From an uncultured Acidimicrobiales bacterium (lineage in GTDB: Bacteria > Actinomycetota > Acidimicrobiia > Acidimicrobiales > RAAP-2), in assembly GCA_963710495.1 (NCBI GenBank), contig CAVQAI010000012.1, forward strand, positions 551,398-615,397: DNA of 64,000 nucleotides, in the 5' to 3' direction. The stretch's first letter is position 1, and each line of letters opens with the position of its first letter. The notes beneath the pieces are model-generated. The model saw only the letters and a program-made list of their open reading frames with translations, was not told the DNA's origin and did not search any database. Shown here piece after piece: positions 1-10,508 of the stretch. Made by a program: the position numbers and the translations under genes.

Positions 1-98
1 GCTCTCCGCCCAGCGCTCCCTGCAACTGGCGGCGCTGCAGAGGAGCCTGGCCATGGAGGACCCCCTGGCCTCCACGAGGTAGCTCTTAGGCTTGGGGT

Positions 99-608
99 GT
101 GAGCGACCGGTCGGCGACCAGCTCGCCGGACAACCCCTCCGGCCCGCCTCCGTCCGCCGAGCGTCGGGCTCGGCGGATGGCCTGGCTCTACAGCGCAGCG
201 GCCGTGGTCCTGCTGCCCTGGATCGTCTATCTGGCCGTCTCGTTGCCGAAGCGCAATCTCGACCTGCACTACCGGGCGGCGTGGGTCGGCTTCGACCTGC
301 TGCTGGGTTTCGCCATCGTCCGTACCGCCTACATGGCGCACAAGGTGGATCAGCGCGTGCAGTTCCCTGCCATCGCCACCGCCACGCTCCTCATCGTCGA
401 TGCCTGGTTCGACGTGACCACATCGGCGAACAGGGCCCAGTTCTTCGAAGCCCTGCTGCTCGCCGCCTTCCTCGAGCTTCCCGCCGCCGGCTTCTCCCTG
501 TACCTGGCCCGCGAGGTGAACCGGCACATCTGGGACTTGGCCGTAGCCAACCGTTTCGGCGACACCGGTCGGCTCGATCAGCCGTCAGGGGGCGACCCGT
601 CGGCCTGA
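99..608 (+). CDS. hypothetical integral membrane protein
   Basis: GTG-initiated 169-aa ORF with about four hydrophobic helices (AWLYSAAAVVLLPWIVYLAV, AAWVGFDLLLGFAIV, FPAIATATLLIVDAWF, ALLLAAFLELPAAGFSLYL). No family recognised. Confidence 0.55.
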   Translation: MSDRSATSSPDNPSGPPPSAERRARRMAWLYSAAAVVLLPWIVYLAVSLPKRNLDLHYRAAWVGFDLLLGFAIVRTAYMAHKVDQRVQFPAIATATLLIVDAWFDVTTSANRAQFFEALLLAAFLELPAAGFSLYLAREVNRHIWDLAVANRFGDTGRLDQPSGGDPSA

Positions 609-656
609 GGGCCCGGGCCCGGCGACGGGCGGGGTCGCCCCGGGCGGGACCCCGCC

Positions 657-1622
657 TCAGGCGACGATCTTGTCGATGCGGGCGAGCACGTCTTCGGTGA
701 GCTTGGGCAGAACCTCGACGGCGCCGAGGTTCTCCCGGACCTGCTCGACGCGGCTCGCCCCGGTGATCACCGATGACACGTGAGGGTTCCGGGCGCACCA
801 GGCGATGGCGAGCTGGGCCAGGGTGCAGTCCAACTCGTCGGCGATCGATCGCAGGGAGCGGACCTTCTCGCTCCGCGCCGGATCGGTGAGCAGGCCCTCC
901 AGCCACTCGTAGCCGGGCAGGGTGGCCCGCGAGTCCTCGGGCACGCCGTCGAGGTACTTGCCGGACAGCAGTCCCGAGCTCAGCGGGCTCCACGTGGTGA
1001 GCCCCAGTCCGATGCCTTCGTAGAGCGGCGCGTACTCCTTCTCCACCCGGTCCCGCCACAGCAGGTTGTACTGGGGCTGCTCCACCACCGGTTTGTGGAG
1101 ATGGTGGCGGTCGGCGATGTCCCAGGCCTCACGCAGCTCCATGGCCGACCACTCGGAGGTGCCCCAGTAGTGGGCCTTCCCGCTCGAGATGATGTCCGAC
1201 ATGGCCCAGACCGTCTCCTCGATGGGGGTCCCGGGATCGGCCCGGTGGCAGTAGAGCAGGTCGACGAAGTCGAGGCCGAACCGCTCGAGGGATCCGTCGA
1301 TGGCCTGCAGCAGGTACTTGCGGTTGAGGGTGTGCTCCATGTTCACGCCGTGGTGGATGCCCCAGAAGAGCTTGGTGGAGAGCACGTAGCTGTGCCGGGG
1401 CCAGCCGAGGGCGGCGATGGCCCGGCCCATGATCCGCTCGGACTCCCCGGCCGAGTAGGCCTCAGCGTTGTCGAAGAAGTTGACCCCGCCCTCGTAGGCG
1501 GCGGCGAGGCAGTCCTCGGCCCGGCTGCCGGCCAGTTGAGGGCCGAAGGTGACCCACGAGCCGAAGGACAGCACGCTGACCTGGAGTCCGGTCCTGCCCA
1601 GTCGCCGGTATTCCATGGCCAT
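657..1622 (-). CDS. aldo/keto reductase (Kv-beta-like subfamily)
   Basis: Listed ORF 657..1892 trimmed to the internal ATG at 1622 ([23 protein letters not shown]...). Typical AKR N-terminus and body ([40 protein letters not shown]). Confidence 0.9.
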   Translation of the reverse strand: MAMEYRRLGRTGLQVSVLSFGSWVTFGPQLAGSRAEDCLAAAYEGGVNFFDNAEAYSAGESERIMGRAIAALGWPRHSYVLSTKLFWGIHHGVNMEHTLNRKYLLQAIDGSLERFGLDFVDLLYCHRADPGTPIEETVWAMSDIISSGKAHYWGTSEWSAMELREAWDIADRHHLHKPVVEQPQYNLLWRDRVEKEYAPLYEGIGLGLTTWSPLSSGLLSGKYLDGVPEDSRATLPGYEWLEGLLTDPARSEKVRSLRSIADELDCTLAQLAIAWCARNPHVSSVITGASRVEQVRENLGAVEVLPKLTEDVLARIDKIVA

Positions 1623-1704
1623 GTGACGCCTCCTGGTCGGGTCCGGACCGATCCTAGGGTCCGTCCCTCTCCCGATGTCCGGCCGGTCGGGGAGCCCGGG
1701 ACGA

Positions 1705-2883
1705 TCAGATGGCCGGACCCGCCACCGTAACCAGGGTGCCGATCGGGGTGAGGGGCCAGAGCTGGGCCGCCTGGGCGATGGGCATCTCCACGCACCCGTT
1801 GCTCTGGGGCGATCCGTAGGAGGCCCGCACGAACCCGTGAAGCGCGTCGCCGCCGTTGAAGTAGCTGGCCCAGGGGACGTTGGGGTCGTCATAGGTGGAT
1901 CCGTCGGGGTTCGTCCCCTTCATCTCCGAGCTGGTTACGTGCTCGAAGACCGGGTAGGTGCCGTCCACCGTGTCGGCCCCGGGGGCGCCCGTGTTCACCG
2001 CGATGTTGACCATCACCGGAGCGCCGTTCTCGAACAGTGTGAGCGCTTGGGGCAGCTGTTTCGAGACGAACACGTAGGTGTACGGGTCGCCGTTCACCCG
2101 ACCCGAGGCCACGTCGGCGAGCAACGCCGACCACACCCGTCGCCCGGCCAGGCCGTCGGCGCTGAGGCCGTGCTGGCTCTCGAAGGACATCACCGCGCCT
2201 TTGGTGATCACGTTCTCCGATCCCTCGGCCCACAGGGAGGTCAAGTCGGGCGGGGTGCCCGGCCACCGCCAGGCGAAGGTGCCCGTCTGGGCGGTGGCCG
2301 CCTCGATGGGGGAGGCCAGCCCGCCGGCGGCGGTGAAGGACAAGGGAAGGTAGTTGAGCTGGGCGAGGAGCTGCTGGAGCCGCTCCGTGCTGGCTTGGGC
2401 GACCGAAAAGGTGACCGTCACCGGTGCGGCGAGCTCCGCTCCCCCCTTGCCGTGGGGACCGGCGGCGCCGGCCGGGAAGACGAGCGACTCGGTGGTGGTC
2501 GGGATGAAGGGGGCGGTGGCGGCGAAGGTGAAGGTCGACGGGCCGACCTGGGTCCAGGTGCCGCTCACCGGGGGATCGAAGGCCGGCAGGCCGGCCGGCC
2601 CGGCCGCCGGCGCCGACAGATGGACCGTCACCACCTGGTCGGAGGGCACGTCGGTGGTGCCGTTGGCCGGGGTCGTGGACAGGACGGTGAGCGGCGCAGG
2701 CGCCGCCGCCGGCGCGGTGGTCGATGTGGCGCCGGCCCGTCGGGCCGAGCCCGGGCCCGACGAATGCCGGCCGGCGATGAACGCCCCGAGCCCGATCCCG
2801 ACCACGGCGAGGACGACCGCCGCGCCGAGGGCGACACCCCGGCGGCGGCGGGGAGGTGGCTTGAGGATCTGGTACTCGACCAT
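1705..2883 (-). CDS. L,D-transpeptidase (YkuD domain), N-terminally membrane-anchored
   Basis: ORF 1705..3300 trimmed to the ATG at 2883 ([35 protein letters not shown], a signal anchor). C-terminal catalytic motif [20 protein letters not shown] (H...SxGC). Confidence 0.85.
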   Translation of the reverse strand: MVEYQILKPPPRRRRGVALGAAVVLAVVGIGLGAFIAGRHSSGPGSARRAGATSTTAPAAAPAPLTVLSTTPANGTTDVPSDQVVTVHLSAPAAGPAGLPAFDPPVSGTWTQVGPSTFTFAATAPFIPTTTESLVFPAGAAGPHGKGGAELAAPVTVTFSVAQASTERLQQLLAQLNYLPLSFTAAGGLASPIEAATAQTGTFAWRWPGTPPDLTSLWAEGSENVITKGAVMSFESQHGLSADGLAGRRVWSALLADVASGRVNGDPYTYVFVSKQLPQALTLFENGAPVMVNIAVNTGAPGADTVDGTYPVFEHVTSSEMKGTNPDGSTYDDPNVPWASYFNGGDALHGFVRASYGSPQSNGCVEMPIAQAAQLWPLTPIGTLVTVAGPAI

Positions 2884-3031
2884 CGGGATGCGATTCCGGG
2901 GAGGGTGGGCGCCAGAGGATGGGGAAGCCCGTGATGGGAGCGTACCCATTCGGGTGGCCGAATCCACTTCACCGCCCTCGACCTCTGGCGGCCCGGTGGC
3001 CGCCCGCAACCGGGCACTAGCGTGAGGCGGC

Positions 3032-4486
3032 GTGGACCTCGACTTCGTCACCGCCGGTGAGCTGGTTCGGGCCCTGGGCGAGCGGCGGGTGTCGAGCCGC
3101 GAGGTCCTGGAGCACGCCCTGGCCCGGGTCGAGAAGTACAACCCGGCCCTGAACGCGGTGGTGGCGCTCGATGGCGAGCGCGCCCGTGAGGCGGCCGACG
3201 CCGCCGACACCGTCACCGCCTCCGGTGTCGCCCTCCCGCCGTTGCATGGGCTCCCGATGACGGTGAAGGACGTCTGGGAGACCGACGGGCTGGTCACCAC
3301 CTCGGGGGCCCCCGAGCTCCGGAACTACGTGCCCGACCGCGATGCCCTGGCGGTGAGCCGGCTCAAGGCGGCCGGGGCGATCATCTTCGGCAAGACCAAC
3401 ACCCCCCTCTACGCCGGTGACCTGCAGACCTACAACGAGGTGTACGGCGTGACCAACAACCCGTGGGACACGGCACGGACCGTGGGCGGGTCGTCGGGCG
3501 GCGCGGCGGCGGCGGTCGCCGCCGGGCTCACCCCGGTCGAGCTGGGCAGCGACATCGGCGGCTCGATCCGCAACCCGGCGCATTACAACGGCGTCTACGG
3601 CCTCAAACCGTCCTGGGGCGTCGTCCCGAGCCGAGGCCACATCCCCGGGCCGCCCGGCACATTGGTCGAGGCCGACGTCAACTGCAACGGGCCGTTGGCT
3701 CGCAGCATCGACGATCTGCGGCTGGTGCTCGGCACCATCGCCGGCCCGCTGCCCGAGGACGCCGCCGCCTGGCGCCTCGAGCTGGACGAGGGCCTGGTCC
3801 CCGTGCCGGGCCGCCTCCGGGTGGCGACGGTGTTCCACGAGGGTGGGGACCTCGTCCCGTTGTCGGCGGCGGTGCGGGCCAGCCTCGATGACTTCGCCGC
3901 CCGTCTCGGCGACGCCGGGGTGAGCGTCGACACCGTGTCCCTGCCCGTCCCACTGGCGGACGGCCTCCGTTCCTGGGAGGAACTGGTCCTGCCCATCATC
4001 GGGTCCACCTTTCCCGACGACGTCTATGCCGCCTTCGCCGAGCTCGAGGCTCTCGAGGGGGACGATCTGGCCGCCGTGGCAGCGCGGTCCCTGGCCGGCC
4101 GCTACCGGTCCTGGGCCGGGGCCGACGGGCTAAGGCAGCGCCAGCGTGCCGCCTGGGCCGGGTTCTTCGAGCACTACGACGTCGTGCTGGCCCCGGTCAT
4201 GCCGACCGCCGCCTACCCTCACGACGTCGAAGGCGAGATCACCGACCGGTCCGTCGACGTCGACGGCACCGCCGTGCCCCACATGCTGATGATGGCCTGG
4301 ATGGGGGCGATCGGGTCGGTGCTGCTGCCCGTGGTGACGTTGCCCGTCCGGCGCACGCCCGAGGACCTCCCGGTGGGCGTGCAGGTGATCGGCCCCTTCC
4401 TCTCCGATCTCCGCCTGCTGCGGATCGCCGGTCTCCTCGACGAGATGGCGGGCGCCGGGTTCACGCCTCCGCCGGGATTCGGCTGA
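3032..4486 (+). CDS. amidase (amidase-signature family)
   Basis: 484-aa ORF with a GTG start preceded by GAGGCGG. AS motif region [11 protein letters not shown]...[15 protein letters not shown]...[12 protein letters not shown]. Confidence 0.9.
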   Translation: MDLDFVTAGELVRALGERRVSSREVLEHALARVEKYNPALNAVVALDGERAREAADAADTVTASGVALPPLHGLPMTVKDVWETDGLVTTSGAPELRNYVPDRDALAVSRLKAAGAIIFGKTNTPLYAGDLQTYNEVYGVTNNPWDTARTVGGSSGGAAAAVAAGLTPVELGSDIGGSIRNPAHYNGVYGLKPSWGVVPSRGHIPGPPGTLVEADVNCNGPLARSIDDLRLVLGTIAGPLPEDAAAWRLELDEGLVPVPGRLRVATVFHEGGDLVPLSAAVRASLDDFAARLGDAGVSVDTVSLPVPLADGLRSWEELVLPIIGSTFPDDVYAAFAELEALEGDDLAAVAARSLAGRYRSWAGADGLRQRQRAAWAGFFEHYDVVLAPVMPTAAYPHDVEGEITDRSVDVDGTAVPHMLMMAWMGAIGSVLLPVVTLPVRRTPEDLPVGVQVIGPFLSDLRLLRIAGLLDEMAGAGFTPPPGFG

Positions 4487-4489
4487 GCT

Positions 4490-5935
4490 TCACAGCGAGC
4501 CCCGGCGGTGAACCCGGGGGCGGGTGAATGCGGCCATGCCCTCGACGCCCATCTCGACCCCCAGGCCCGATTCCCCCCAGCCGCCCATCGGGGCGAGATG
4601 GTCCATGGCGGCCATGCCGTGGGCGTTGGTCCACACCGTTCCGGCCCGCAGTCGGGCGGCCACCCCGTCGGCCAGATCGGCATCGCCGCTCCAGATGGAG
4701 GCGCACAGCCCGAAGTCGGTGTCGTTGGCCGCCGCCACGGCGTCGTCCAGGTGGCGGTAGGGCAGGAGGGGCAGGGCCGGTGCGAACTGCTCCTCGCGCA
4801 CGAGTGAGGCTTCCGGGTCGGGGGCGACGACCAGTGCCGGTGACACGGTCCATCCGTCGGCTGTCCCGGTGACGGCGGCGGGACGGACGACCTCGCGGGC
4901 CCCGGTGGCGGCCTCGGCGATCATGTGCTCGACACGGTCCCGGGCGCGCTGGGTGTGCACCGGGCCCATGGTCACCCCCTCCTCCAGGCCGTCACCCACG
5001 ACGGTGCGGGAGAGGCTCTCGACCAGCGCGTCGCGCCAGTCGCCGAGCCGCTCGGCCGGAAGGTACAGGCGTTTGATGGCCATGCAGACCTGCCCGGAGG
5101 TGGCGAAGGCGGCTTCGAGCAGGCGGTCGGCCAGGCGGGCGTCGGGCTCCAGGTCCGGGCCGACGATGGCCGGGTCGTTCCCCCCGAGCTCCAGCACGAC
5201 CGGCCGCAGATGGGGAGCGCAGGCGGCCAGAACCGACCGTCCGGCTGCGACCCCGCCGGTGAACGACACCATGTCGAGCCCGGGATGGGCCACGACGGCG
5301 GCGGCGAACTCCGGGCTCGGGCCGTTCAGGGAGTTGAGCACCCCGGGGGGCAGGCCGATGGCGATGGCGGCGGCCAATTGGAGGACCGCTCCCGGACAGG
5401 TGGGCGGGGTCTTCACCACGGCCGTGTTGCCGGCCAGCAGGGCGGGCAGGATCTTGTTCCCCATCACGGCAGCCGGCCAGTTGAAGGGCAGGACCGCCCC
5501 GACGACCCCGTGCGCCACGGGATGCACGATGGAGGGGCCGGCCGGGCGCGGCTCGAGCGCTTCGGCCATCAGCGGGGCCAGGGCCTCGAGCATGCCACCG
5601 GTGGTGGCCAGGTCGAAGAGCGCTTCGACCTGGATCTTCCCGTGCTCCCGGGTCAGCCGGGCGGCGGCCGCGTCGAGGTCCAGCCCCTCCTGGGCTCGTG
5701 CGCAGGCGCGGCGCAGGCAGGCGAGGCGGCCTTCGAAGCCGAGGGCGTCCCACTCGGGCTGGGCGCGGCGGGCGGCGGCCACGGCTTCGTCCACCTGGGC
5801 CGGCGAGGCGGACGGAGCTTCCAGCGCGACCTCCTCGGAATGGGCCGGGTTGTACACGGAGTAGGTCCCCTCCGCCCCGGCCACCGGTGCGCCCCCGATC
5901 ACGAGAAGGGCCTCGTCGGTCGTCTGCTGGGTCAT
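4490..5935 (-). CDS. NAD(P)-dependent aldehyde dehydrogenase
   Basis: ORF 4490..6211 trimmed to the ATG at 5935 (MTQQTTDEALLVIGG...). ALDH motifs FNWPAAV, VVKTPPT, ELGGNDP, catalytic Cys region SGQVCMAIKR, and EEQFAP. Confidence 0.9.
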   Translation of the reverse strand: MTQQTTDEALLVIGGAPVAGAEGTYSVYNPAHSEEVALEAPSASPAQVDEAVAAARRAQPEWDALGFEGRLACLRRACARAQEGLDLDAAAARLTREHGKIQVEALFDLATTGGMLEALAPLMAEALEPRPAGPSIVHPVAHGVVGAVLPFNWPAAVMGNKILPALLAGNTAVVKTPPTCPGAVLQLAAAIAIGLPPGVLNSLNGPSPEFAAAVVAHPGLDMVSFTGGVAAGRSVLAACAPHLRPVVLELGGNDPAIVGPDLEPDARLADRLLEAAFATSGQVCMAIKRLYLPAERLGDWRDALVESLSRTVVGDGLEEGVTMGPVHTQRARDRVEHMIAEAATGAREVVRPAAVTGTADGWTVSPALVVAPDPEASLVREEQFAPALPLLPYRHLDDAVAAANDTDFGLCASIWSGDADLADGVAARLRAGTVWTNAHGMAAMDHLAPMGGWGESGLGVEMGVEGMAAFTRPRVHRRGSL

Positions 5936-6184
5936 GTCCACGCTCCCCCGGCTGGTCGCCCGCCCGTCTGACCGGGCCATCCCTCCGCCGGCCTCCGTGA
6001 CCCCGACGGCCACTCCGACGCCGGCGCTCCACCCACCGTCTGGCCGGATCGTACTCCCGCAACGCCCGAACGAGCCCTCGATCGGGGGACTCGACCCGTT
6101 CGACCGAAGAGGTCGGCGACCGGGGGCAATCCCGAATTCGCCGACCGCACGTAGTACCGACGGACCAGCGGAAGGAACGACGGT

Positions 6185-6940
6185 ATGCATCTCACTGCCC
6201 AGGGGGACCACGGATGGCGGCGTCGGGCCAACCCACTCCGACGGTGGTTGCTCATCGGATCACTCGGCGCGATCGTGGTCCTCGCCGCCGCCTGCAGTTC
6301 GAGCGCGTCCTCCCCGACGTCGACCGCGCTCAAGCAACGGACGGCCAGCGCCCGCACGACGGCCGCCGTCGTGTCGGCCAAATCGGTTGGTTCTCTGGGC
6401 ACCATCCTGGTCGATCAGTCCGGGCTCACGCTCTACCGGTTCTCGCCGGACGGCACCGGCAAGAGGACCTGCACGGGCGCCTGCGCCATGACCTGGCCGC
6501 CCTTGACCGTGTCGTCCCCGCAGGTGACAGCCGGGAACGGGGTCACCGCATCCGCGCTCGGGACCATCACCCGACCCGACGGATCGCTGCAGGTGGCGTT
6601 CAACGGCATGCCGCTCTATCGCTTCAGCGGGGACAAGAAGGCCGGCGACACCGCCGGGCAGGGTGTGGGCGGGACCTGGTTCGTGGTGCCGGCCACCGCG
6701 GCTGCCGCTCCGACTCCGTCGACCAGCCCGACGACCGCGCCACCGGCGTCGTCTTCGACCACGTCCCCGACCTCGCCGGCGACCACACCGCACGTCGTGA
6801 TGCCGGCACCCGCGGCCACCGCCCCGCCGGCCACCGCCCCGCCGGCCACCTCGCCCCCGGTCACTTCGCCCCCGGCCACCTCGCCCCCGCCGACATCACC
6901 GCCCACCTCCTCGCCGGGCGGAGGCGGATACGGCTACTGA
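6185..6940 (+). CDS. lipoprotein with two Y-x-F-x-x-D repeats (PF03640-like secreted repeat) and a Pro/Thr/Ser-rich C-terminal tail
   Basis: Lipobox VVLAAAC after a positively charged N-terminus. Repeats TLYRFSPDG and PLYRFSGDKKAGDTAGQG. The tail is (A/V)T(A/S)PP repeated. Confidence 0.8.
   Translation: MHLTAQGDHGWRRRANPLRRWLLIGSLGAIVVLAAACSSSASSPTSTALKQRTASARTTAAVVSAKSVGSLGTILVDQSGLTLYRFSPDGTGKRTCTGACAMTWPPLTVSSPQVTAGNGVTASALGTITRPDGSLQVAFNGMPLYRFSGDKKAGDTAGQGVGGTWFVVPATAAAAPTPSTSPTTAPPASSSTTSPTSPATTPHVVMPAPAATAPPATAPPATSPPVTSPPATSPPPTSPPTSSPGGGGYGY
6815..6889. repeat. 5 copies of a 15-bp tandem repeat inside the lipoprotein tail
   Basis: gccaccgccccgccg x2, gccacctcgcccccg, gtcacttcgcccccg, gccacctcgcccccg. 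These encode ATAPP/ATSPP/VTSPP units. Confidence 0.9.
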
Positions 6941-6953
6941 CCGAGCCCGGGGC

Positions 6954-7964
6954 ATGAACGCGGGAGCGGTGGTAGATGCGGGTCCCCTGGAGGTAGCGGG
7001 GGGTCGGCCCGTTCGGAGCAGCCGGGCGAGACCTTCGCCCCCGGTCGGGTCGCTGGCGCTCGCCGCTGCCGCCGCCGCGGTGGTCGGGATCGGGGTGGTC
7101 GCCCTGCAACGATCGGGAGGCGTGTCGGCGGGGCTGTCGGCCGGCCGGGCTGAGCTCCTGGCGCCCCCCGTCCTGCTGGTGGTCGCCGTGGTCATGGTGG
7201 CCGAGCGGCTGTGGCCGGCCGAGCCCCGGCCGTTCCTGGCCCGTGGCCATCTCCACGATGCCGGCTTCTTCGTCCTCCACGTGACGGTGGTCGTGGCGCT
7301 CATGACGCTCTTCAGCGTGGCCTTTGCCTTCCTCCTCGAACACCGGGCGGTATGGCTGGCGGGCCCGTGGACCACCAGGCTGCCGACCGCGCTCGTGGTC
7401 AGCCTGACGTTCGTGCTCATGGATGGGGCCAACTGGGTCGCCCACTGGGCCGACCATCGGGTGGCTGCGTTGTGGCGGCTGCATGCCCTCCACCACTCCC
7501 AGGAAGAGCTGAGTGTGCTCACGTCCTTCCGGGCCCACCCACTCAGCCACCTGCCCGGCTTCCTGCTCGCGTCGGTCCCCGCCTTCGCCCTCACCGGACA
7601 CCGGGGTGTCGCCCCCCAGCTGGTCATCGCGTACGTGTGCCTCGGCACCATTCCCCACGCCAACGTGCGTTGGGCCTACGGGCCCCTCGGGTGGCTGTTG
7701 GTCAGCCCCTCGTACCATCGCCTGCACCATGCGGCCGACGGCCCGGCGGGGATGAACCTCGGGGTGGTGCTCACCGGGTGGGACGTGCTCGCCGGACGCG
7801 CCCGATTCCCCGATCGGGGAAGACCGGTCCCGCCCACCGGGCTGGCCGGACGGCCCGTGCCGGTGGAACAGGAGCTCGAGTTCGGCGCACCCTTCCGCCC
7901 GCGGCTGCTGGCCGAGCAACTGTGCGACCCATTCCGGCGGCGGGCCGTGGCCGAGCGGTCCTGA
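6954..7964 (+). CDS. fatty acid hydroxylase / sterol desaturase family membrane protein
   Basis: Multi-TM ORF with histidine boxes HWADHRV, LHALHH and YHRLHH. Confidence 0.8.
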   Translation: MNAGAVVDAGPLEVAGGRPVRSSRARPSPPVGSLALAAAAAAVVGIGVVALQRSGGVSAGLSAGRAELLAPPVLLVVAVVMVAERLWPAEPRPFLARGHLHDAGFFVLHVTVVVALMTLFSVAFAFLLEHRAVWLAGPWTTRLPTALVVSLTFVLMDGANWVAHWADHRVAALWRLHALHHSQEELSVLTSFRAHPLSHLPGFLLASVPAFALTGHRGVAPQLVIAYVCLGTIPHANVRWAYGPLGWLLVSPSYHRLHHAADGPAGMNLGVVLTGWDVLAGRARFPDRGRPVPPTGLAGRPVPVEQELEFGAPFRPRLLAEQLCDPFRRRAVAERS

Positions 7965-8058
7965 CCGCTCCCATGCACCCGCTCCGTCCGGCCGTTGTCG
8001 GCATTGCCGTGGCCCGGCCCCGGGCCGGCCCGATGGCCGTGCGCTACCGTCTCGCTCG

Positions 8059-8796
8059 GTGCCCGGCGAATCGACCTCCACCATCGTTCTCGTGCACGGG
8101 GCGTGGCACGGGGCGTGGTGCTGGGAGCGCGTCCTGGACGGCCTCGCCGCCCGTCGGATGCCGACGGTCGCCATCGACCTCCCCGGTCACGGCGACGATC
8201 CCGGCCCGATGGGTGATCTCCACACCGACGCCGAGCGGGTCCATCGGGAGCTCGGGGGACTGGCGCACCCGGTGGTGCTCGTGGGCCACTCCTACGGCGG
8301 GGCGGTCATCACCGAGGCGGGCGACCATTCCGCCGTCGGACATCTCGTCTTCCTCTGTGCCATGGCCCTCGACGAGGGCGAGTCCTGCATGGCCGCGGCC
8401 GGCGACATGCCGGGCGCGGCCGACATCTCCCATGAAGGCCGGCCGGACCTCGGGTCGGGCCTGATCATCTCGGACGACGGTTTCATCCGGTTGGAGCCCT
8501 CGCTGGCGGAGGCCGCGCTGTTCAACCAGTGCGATGCCGACACGACCTCGTGGGCGCGGTCGCGGCTCGGTCCCCAGCCGATGGTCACCCTTCAGCAAGC
8601 TCCGGAGTCCGTTTCGTGGCGGAGGAGACCCTCGACCTACGTCGTCTGCACCGACGACCAGATCGTCCACCCCGAGCTGCAACGGCTGATGGCCAAGCGA
8701 TGCGCGCGGAGGACCCTGGAATGGGACAGCGACCATTCGCCCTTCCTGTCCCACCCCGATCTGGTCGTCGACCTACTCGTCGAATTGGCCCGTTGA
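8059..8796 (+). CDS. alpha/beta hydrolase
   Basis: IVLVHGAWHGAWCW N-terminus and nucleophile elbow GHSYGG. C-terminal DHSPFLSHP. Confidence 0.8.
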   Translation: MPGESTSTIVLVHGAWHGAWCWERVLDGLAARRMPTVAIDLPGHGDDPGPMGDLHTDAERVHRELGGLAHPVVLVGHSYGGAVITEAGDHSAVGHLVFLCAMALDEGESCMAAAGDMPGAADISHEGRPDLGSGLIISDDGFIRLEPSLAEAALFNQCDADTTSWARSRLGPQPMVTLQQAPESVSWRRRPSTYVVCTDDQIVHPELQRLMAKRCARRTLEWDSDHSPFLSHPDLVVDLLVELAR

Positions 8797-8893
8797 ACGT
8801 CGGCGTCGGTTGCTGTGCACCGACGGCGGCGGCCGGGCGAGTCCGGCGTCGCCCTCGTCCTGTCGACCGGGTGATTGACTAGCCTCCCTGCCG

Positions 8894-9748
8894 ATGGTGC
8901 TCACCGATGACGAGCAACGGGAGATGGACGCCATTCCTTGGTTCCATACCATCGACCTCGGCGATGGGGTCGTGACCAAAGGCGCCTCCGAGATCCAGAT
9001 CCCCGAGGATCGCTTTCCGTCCTTCGCCGGCCGAACGGTGCTCGACATCGGTGCCTGGGACGGCTACTACTCCTTCATGGCCGAGCGTCTGGGCGCCCCG
9101 CACGTGACGGCCCTCGATCACTACGCCTGGGGAGTGGACATCGATGCCCGTGGCGAGTACTGGACCGAGTGTGCCGCCCAGGGCAGGCTGCCTGACCTCT
9201 CCCTCGACCTGACCGAGTTCTGGCGGCCAGAACTGCCCGGCCGGAAGGGCTTCGAGTTCGCCGCGGCCAAGCTCAACTCCTCGGTGGAACCGCGAGTGGC
9301 CGATTTCACTACTGTCGACCTGGCCGAGCTCGGAACGTTCGACGTTGTGCTGTACCTCGGCGTCCTGTACCACATGAAGGAGCCCTTGACCTGCCTGGAA
9401 CGCCTTCGGGCCGTGACCGGCCAGGTGGCCGTCATCGAAACCCTGGCGGTGCACCTGCAGGGCCTCGAGCAGGTCAGCCTGGTCCAGTTCCACGATTCGC
9501 GGGACCTCAACTACGACTTCGGGAATTGGTACGTACCCACGTTGGCGGGACTGACGTCGCTGTGCCGGGCGGCCGGGTTCTCGTCCGTCGAGACCGTGGC
9601 GGGCCCACCGGGCCCGCCGGGCCCCACCGATCCGCCTCGGGAGTCCCTGGCGACCCGGGTCGGGCGCCGGCTGGCCAAGCTGGAACACGGTCACAGCGGC
9701 TCGGCTCCGAGCACGTTCTACCGCGCCATCGTCCACGCCACGGCATGA
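8894..9748 (+). CDS. class I SAM-dependent methyltransferase (DUF1698/CmoB-like N-terminal region)
   Basis: WFHTIDLGDG...VLDIGAWDGYYSF (motif I-like), then DVVLYLGVLYHMKEP. Confidence 0.7.
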   Translation: MVLTDDEQREMDAIPWFHTIDLGDGVVTKGASEIQIPEDRFPSFAGRTVLDIGAWDGYYSFMAERLGAPHVTALDHYAWGVDIDARGEYWTECAAQGRLPDLSLDLTEFWRPELPGRKGFEFAAAKLNSSVEPRVADFTTVDLAELGTFDVVLYLGVLYHMKEPLTCLERLRAVTGQVAVIETLAVHLQGLEQVSLVQFHDSRDLNYDFGNWYVPTLAGLTSLCRAAGFSSVETVAGPPGPPGPTDPPRESLATRVGRRLAKLEHGHSGSAPSTFYRAIVHATA

Positions 9749-9778
9749 GACGGCCCCCATGAATTCGACGAGCGGTCG

Positions 9779-10345
9779 ATGACTTCCGGGGCTGGCGGGC
9801 GTCCAACCAGCATGACGGCAACCAACCTCGCTGATCTCTACGGGCTTCCCCTCCTCGACTGGTCCCGGATCGAAGCCCGTCTCGAGCAGGGCATCACCCA
9901 AGCACCCGGAACCGGCGGTCCGGATCGGCACACCTGCTGGCTGGCGACGATCAACCAGGACGGTAGCCCCCATGCCACCGGTGTCGGCGCCCTCTGGGTC
10001 GACGGAACCTTCTGGTTCGAGACCGGGGCCGGCACCCGCAAGGGGCGGAACCTGGCCCGCGATCCGCGCTGCACGCTGAGCGTGGCCACGAGCCAGTTCG
10101 ACCTGATCGTCGAAGGCCAGGCACAGAAGGTCACCGACCCGACCACGGTCGAGACCATGGCCGGACACTGGGCGTCGGCGGGCTGGCCGGCCCGAGTGGA
10201 CAGCTCGGGCTCCGCCCTCACCGCCGACTACAGCGCGCCATCCGCCGGCCCACCGCCGTGGTCGGTCTACCGCATCGATGTCCGCACGGCGACCGCGCTC
10301 GAGACCGTCGAGCCCGGGGGAGCGACGCGCTGGCGAGTGCCGTAA
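9779..10345 (+). CDS. pyridoxamine 5'-phosphate oxidase family protein
   Basis: CWLATINQDGSPHATGVGALWVDGTFWFETGAGTRKGRNLARDPRCTLS is typical of the PPOX split-barrel family. An alternative ATG start lies at 9812. Confidence 0.7.
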   Translation: MTSGAGGRPTSMTATNLADLYGLPLLDWSRIEARLEQGITQAPGTGGPDRHTCWLATINQDGSPHATGVGALWVDGTFWFETGAGTRKGRNLARDPRCTLSVATSQFDLIVEGQAQKVTDPTTVETMAGHWASAGWPARVDSSGSALTADYSAPSAGPPPWSVYRIDVRTATALETVEPGGATRWRVP

Positions 10346-10387
10346 TCGGCTCGGCCGACATCGGAGCATCGGCACATACATCAGGAG

Positions 10388-10462
10388 TCGGGCTGGCCGG
10401 ATTTGAACCGGCGACCTCTGCGTCCCGAACGCAGCGCGCTAACCAAGCTGCGCCACAGCCCG
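10388..10462 (-). tRNA. tRNA-Pro (anticodon CGG)
   Basis: Hand-folded cloverleaf: acceptor CGGGCTG/CAGCCCG, D arm GCGC/GCGC, anticodon stem CTGCG/CGCAG with loop TTCGGGA, T arm GCCGG-TTCAAAT-CCGGC, discriminator A. CCA is not encoded. Confidence 0.93.
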
Positions 10463-10508
10463 CGGCACGACCCGGGTCGGTGAGCTCCCGTGTCGGACCG
10501 GGGAAATG

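Noticed and set aside
2-82. Open frame running in from the left window edge and ending at TAG 80-82 (..LQRSLAMEDPLASTR)
   Set aside because: Only 27 codons are visible. That is too short to support as a gene end or to assign a function.
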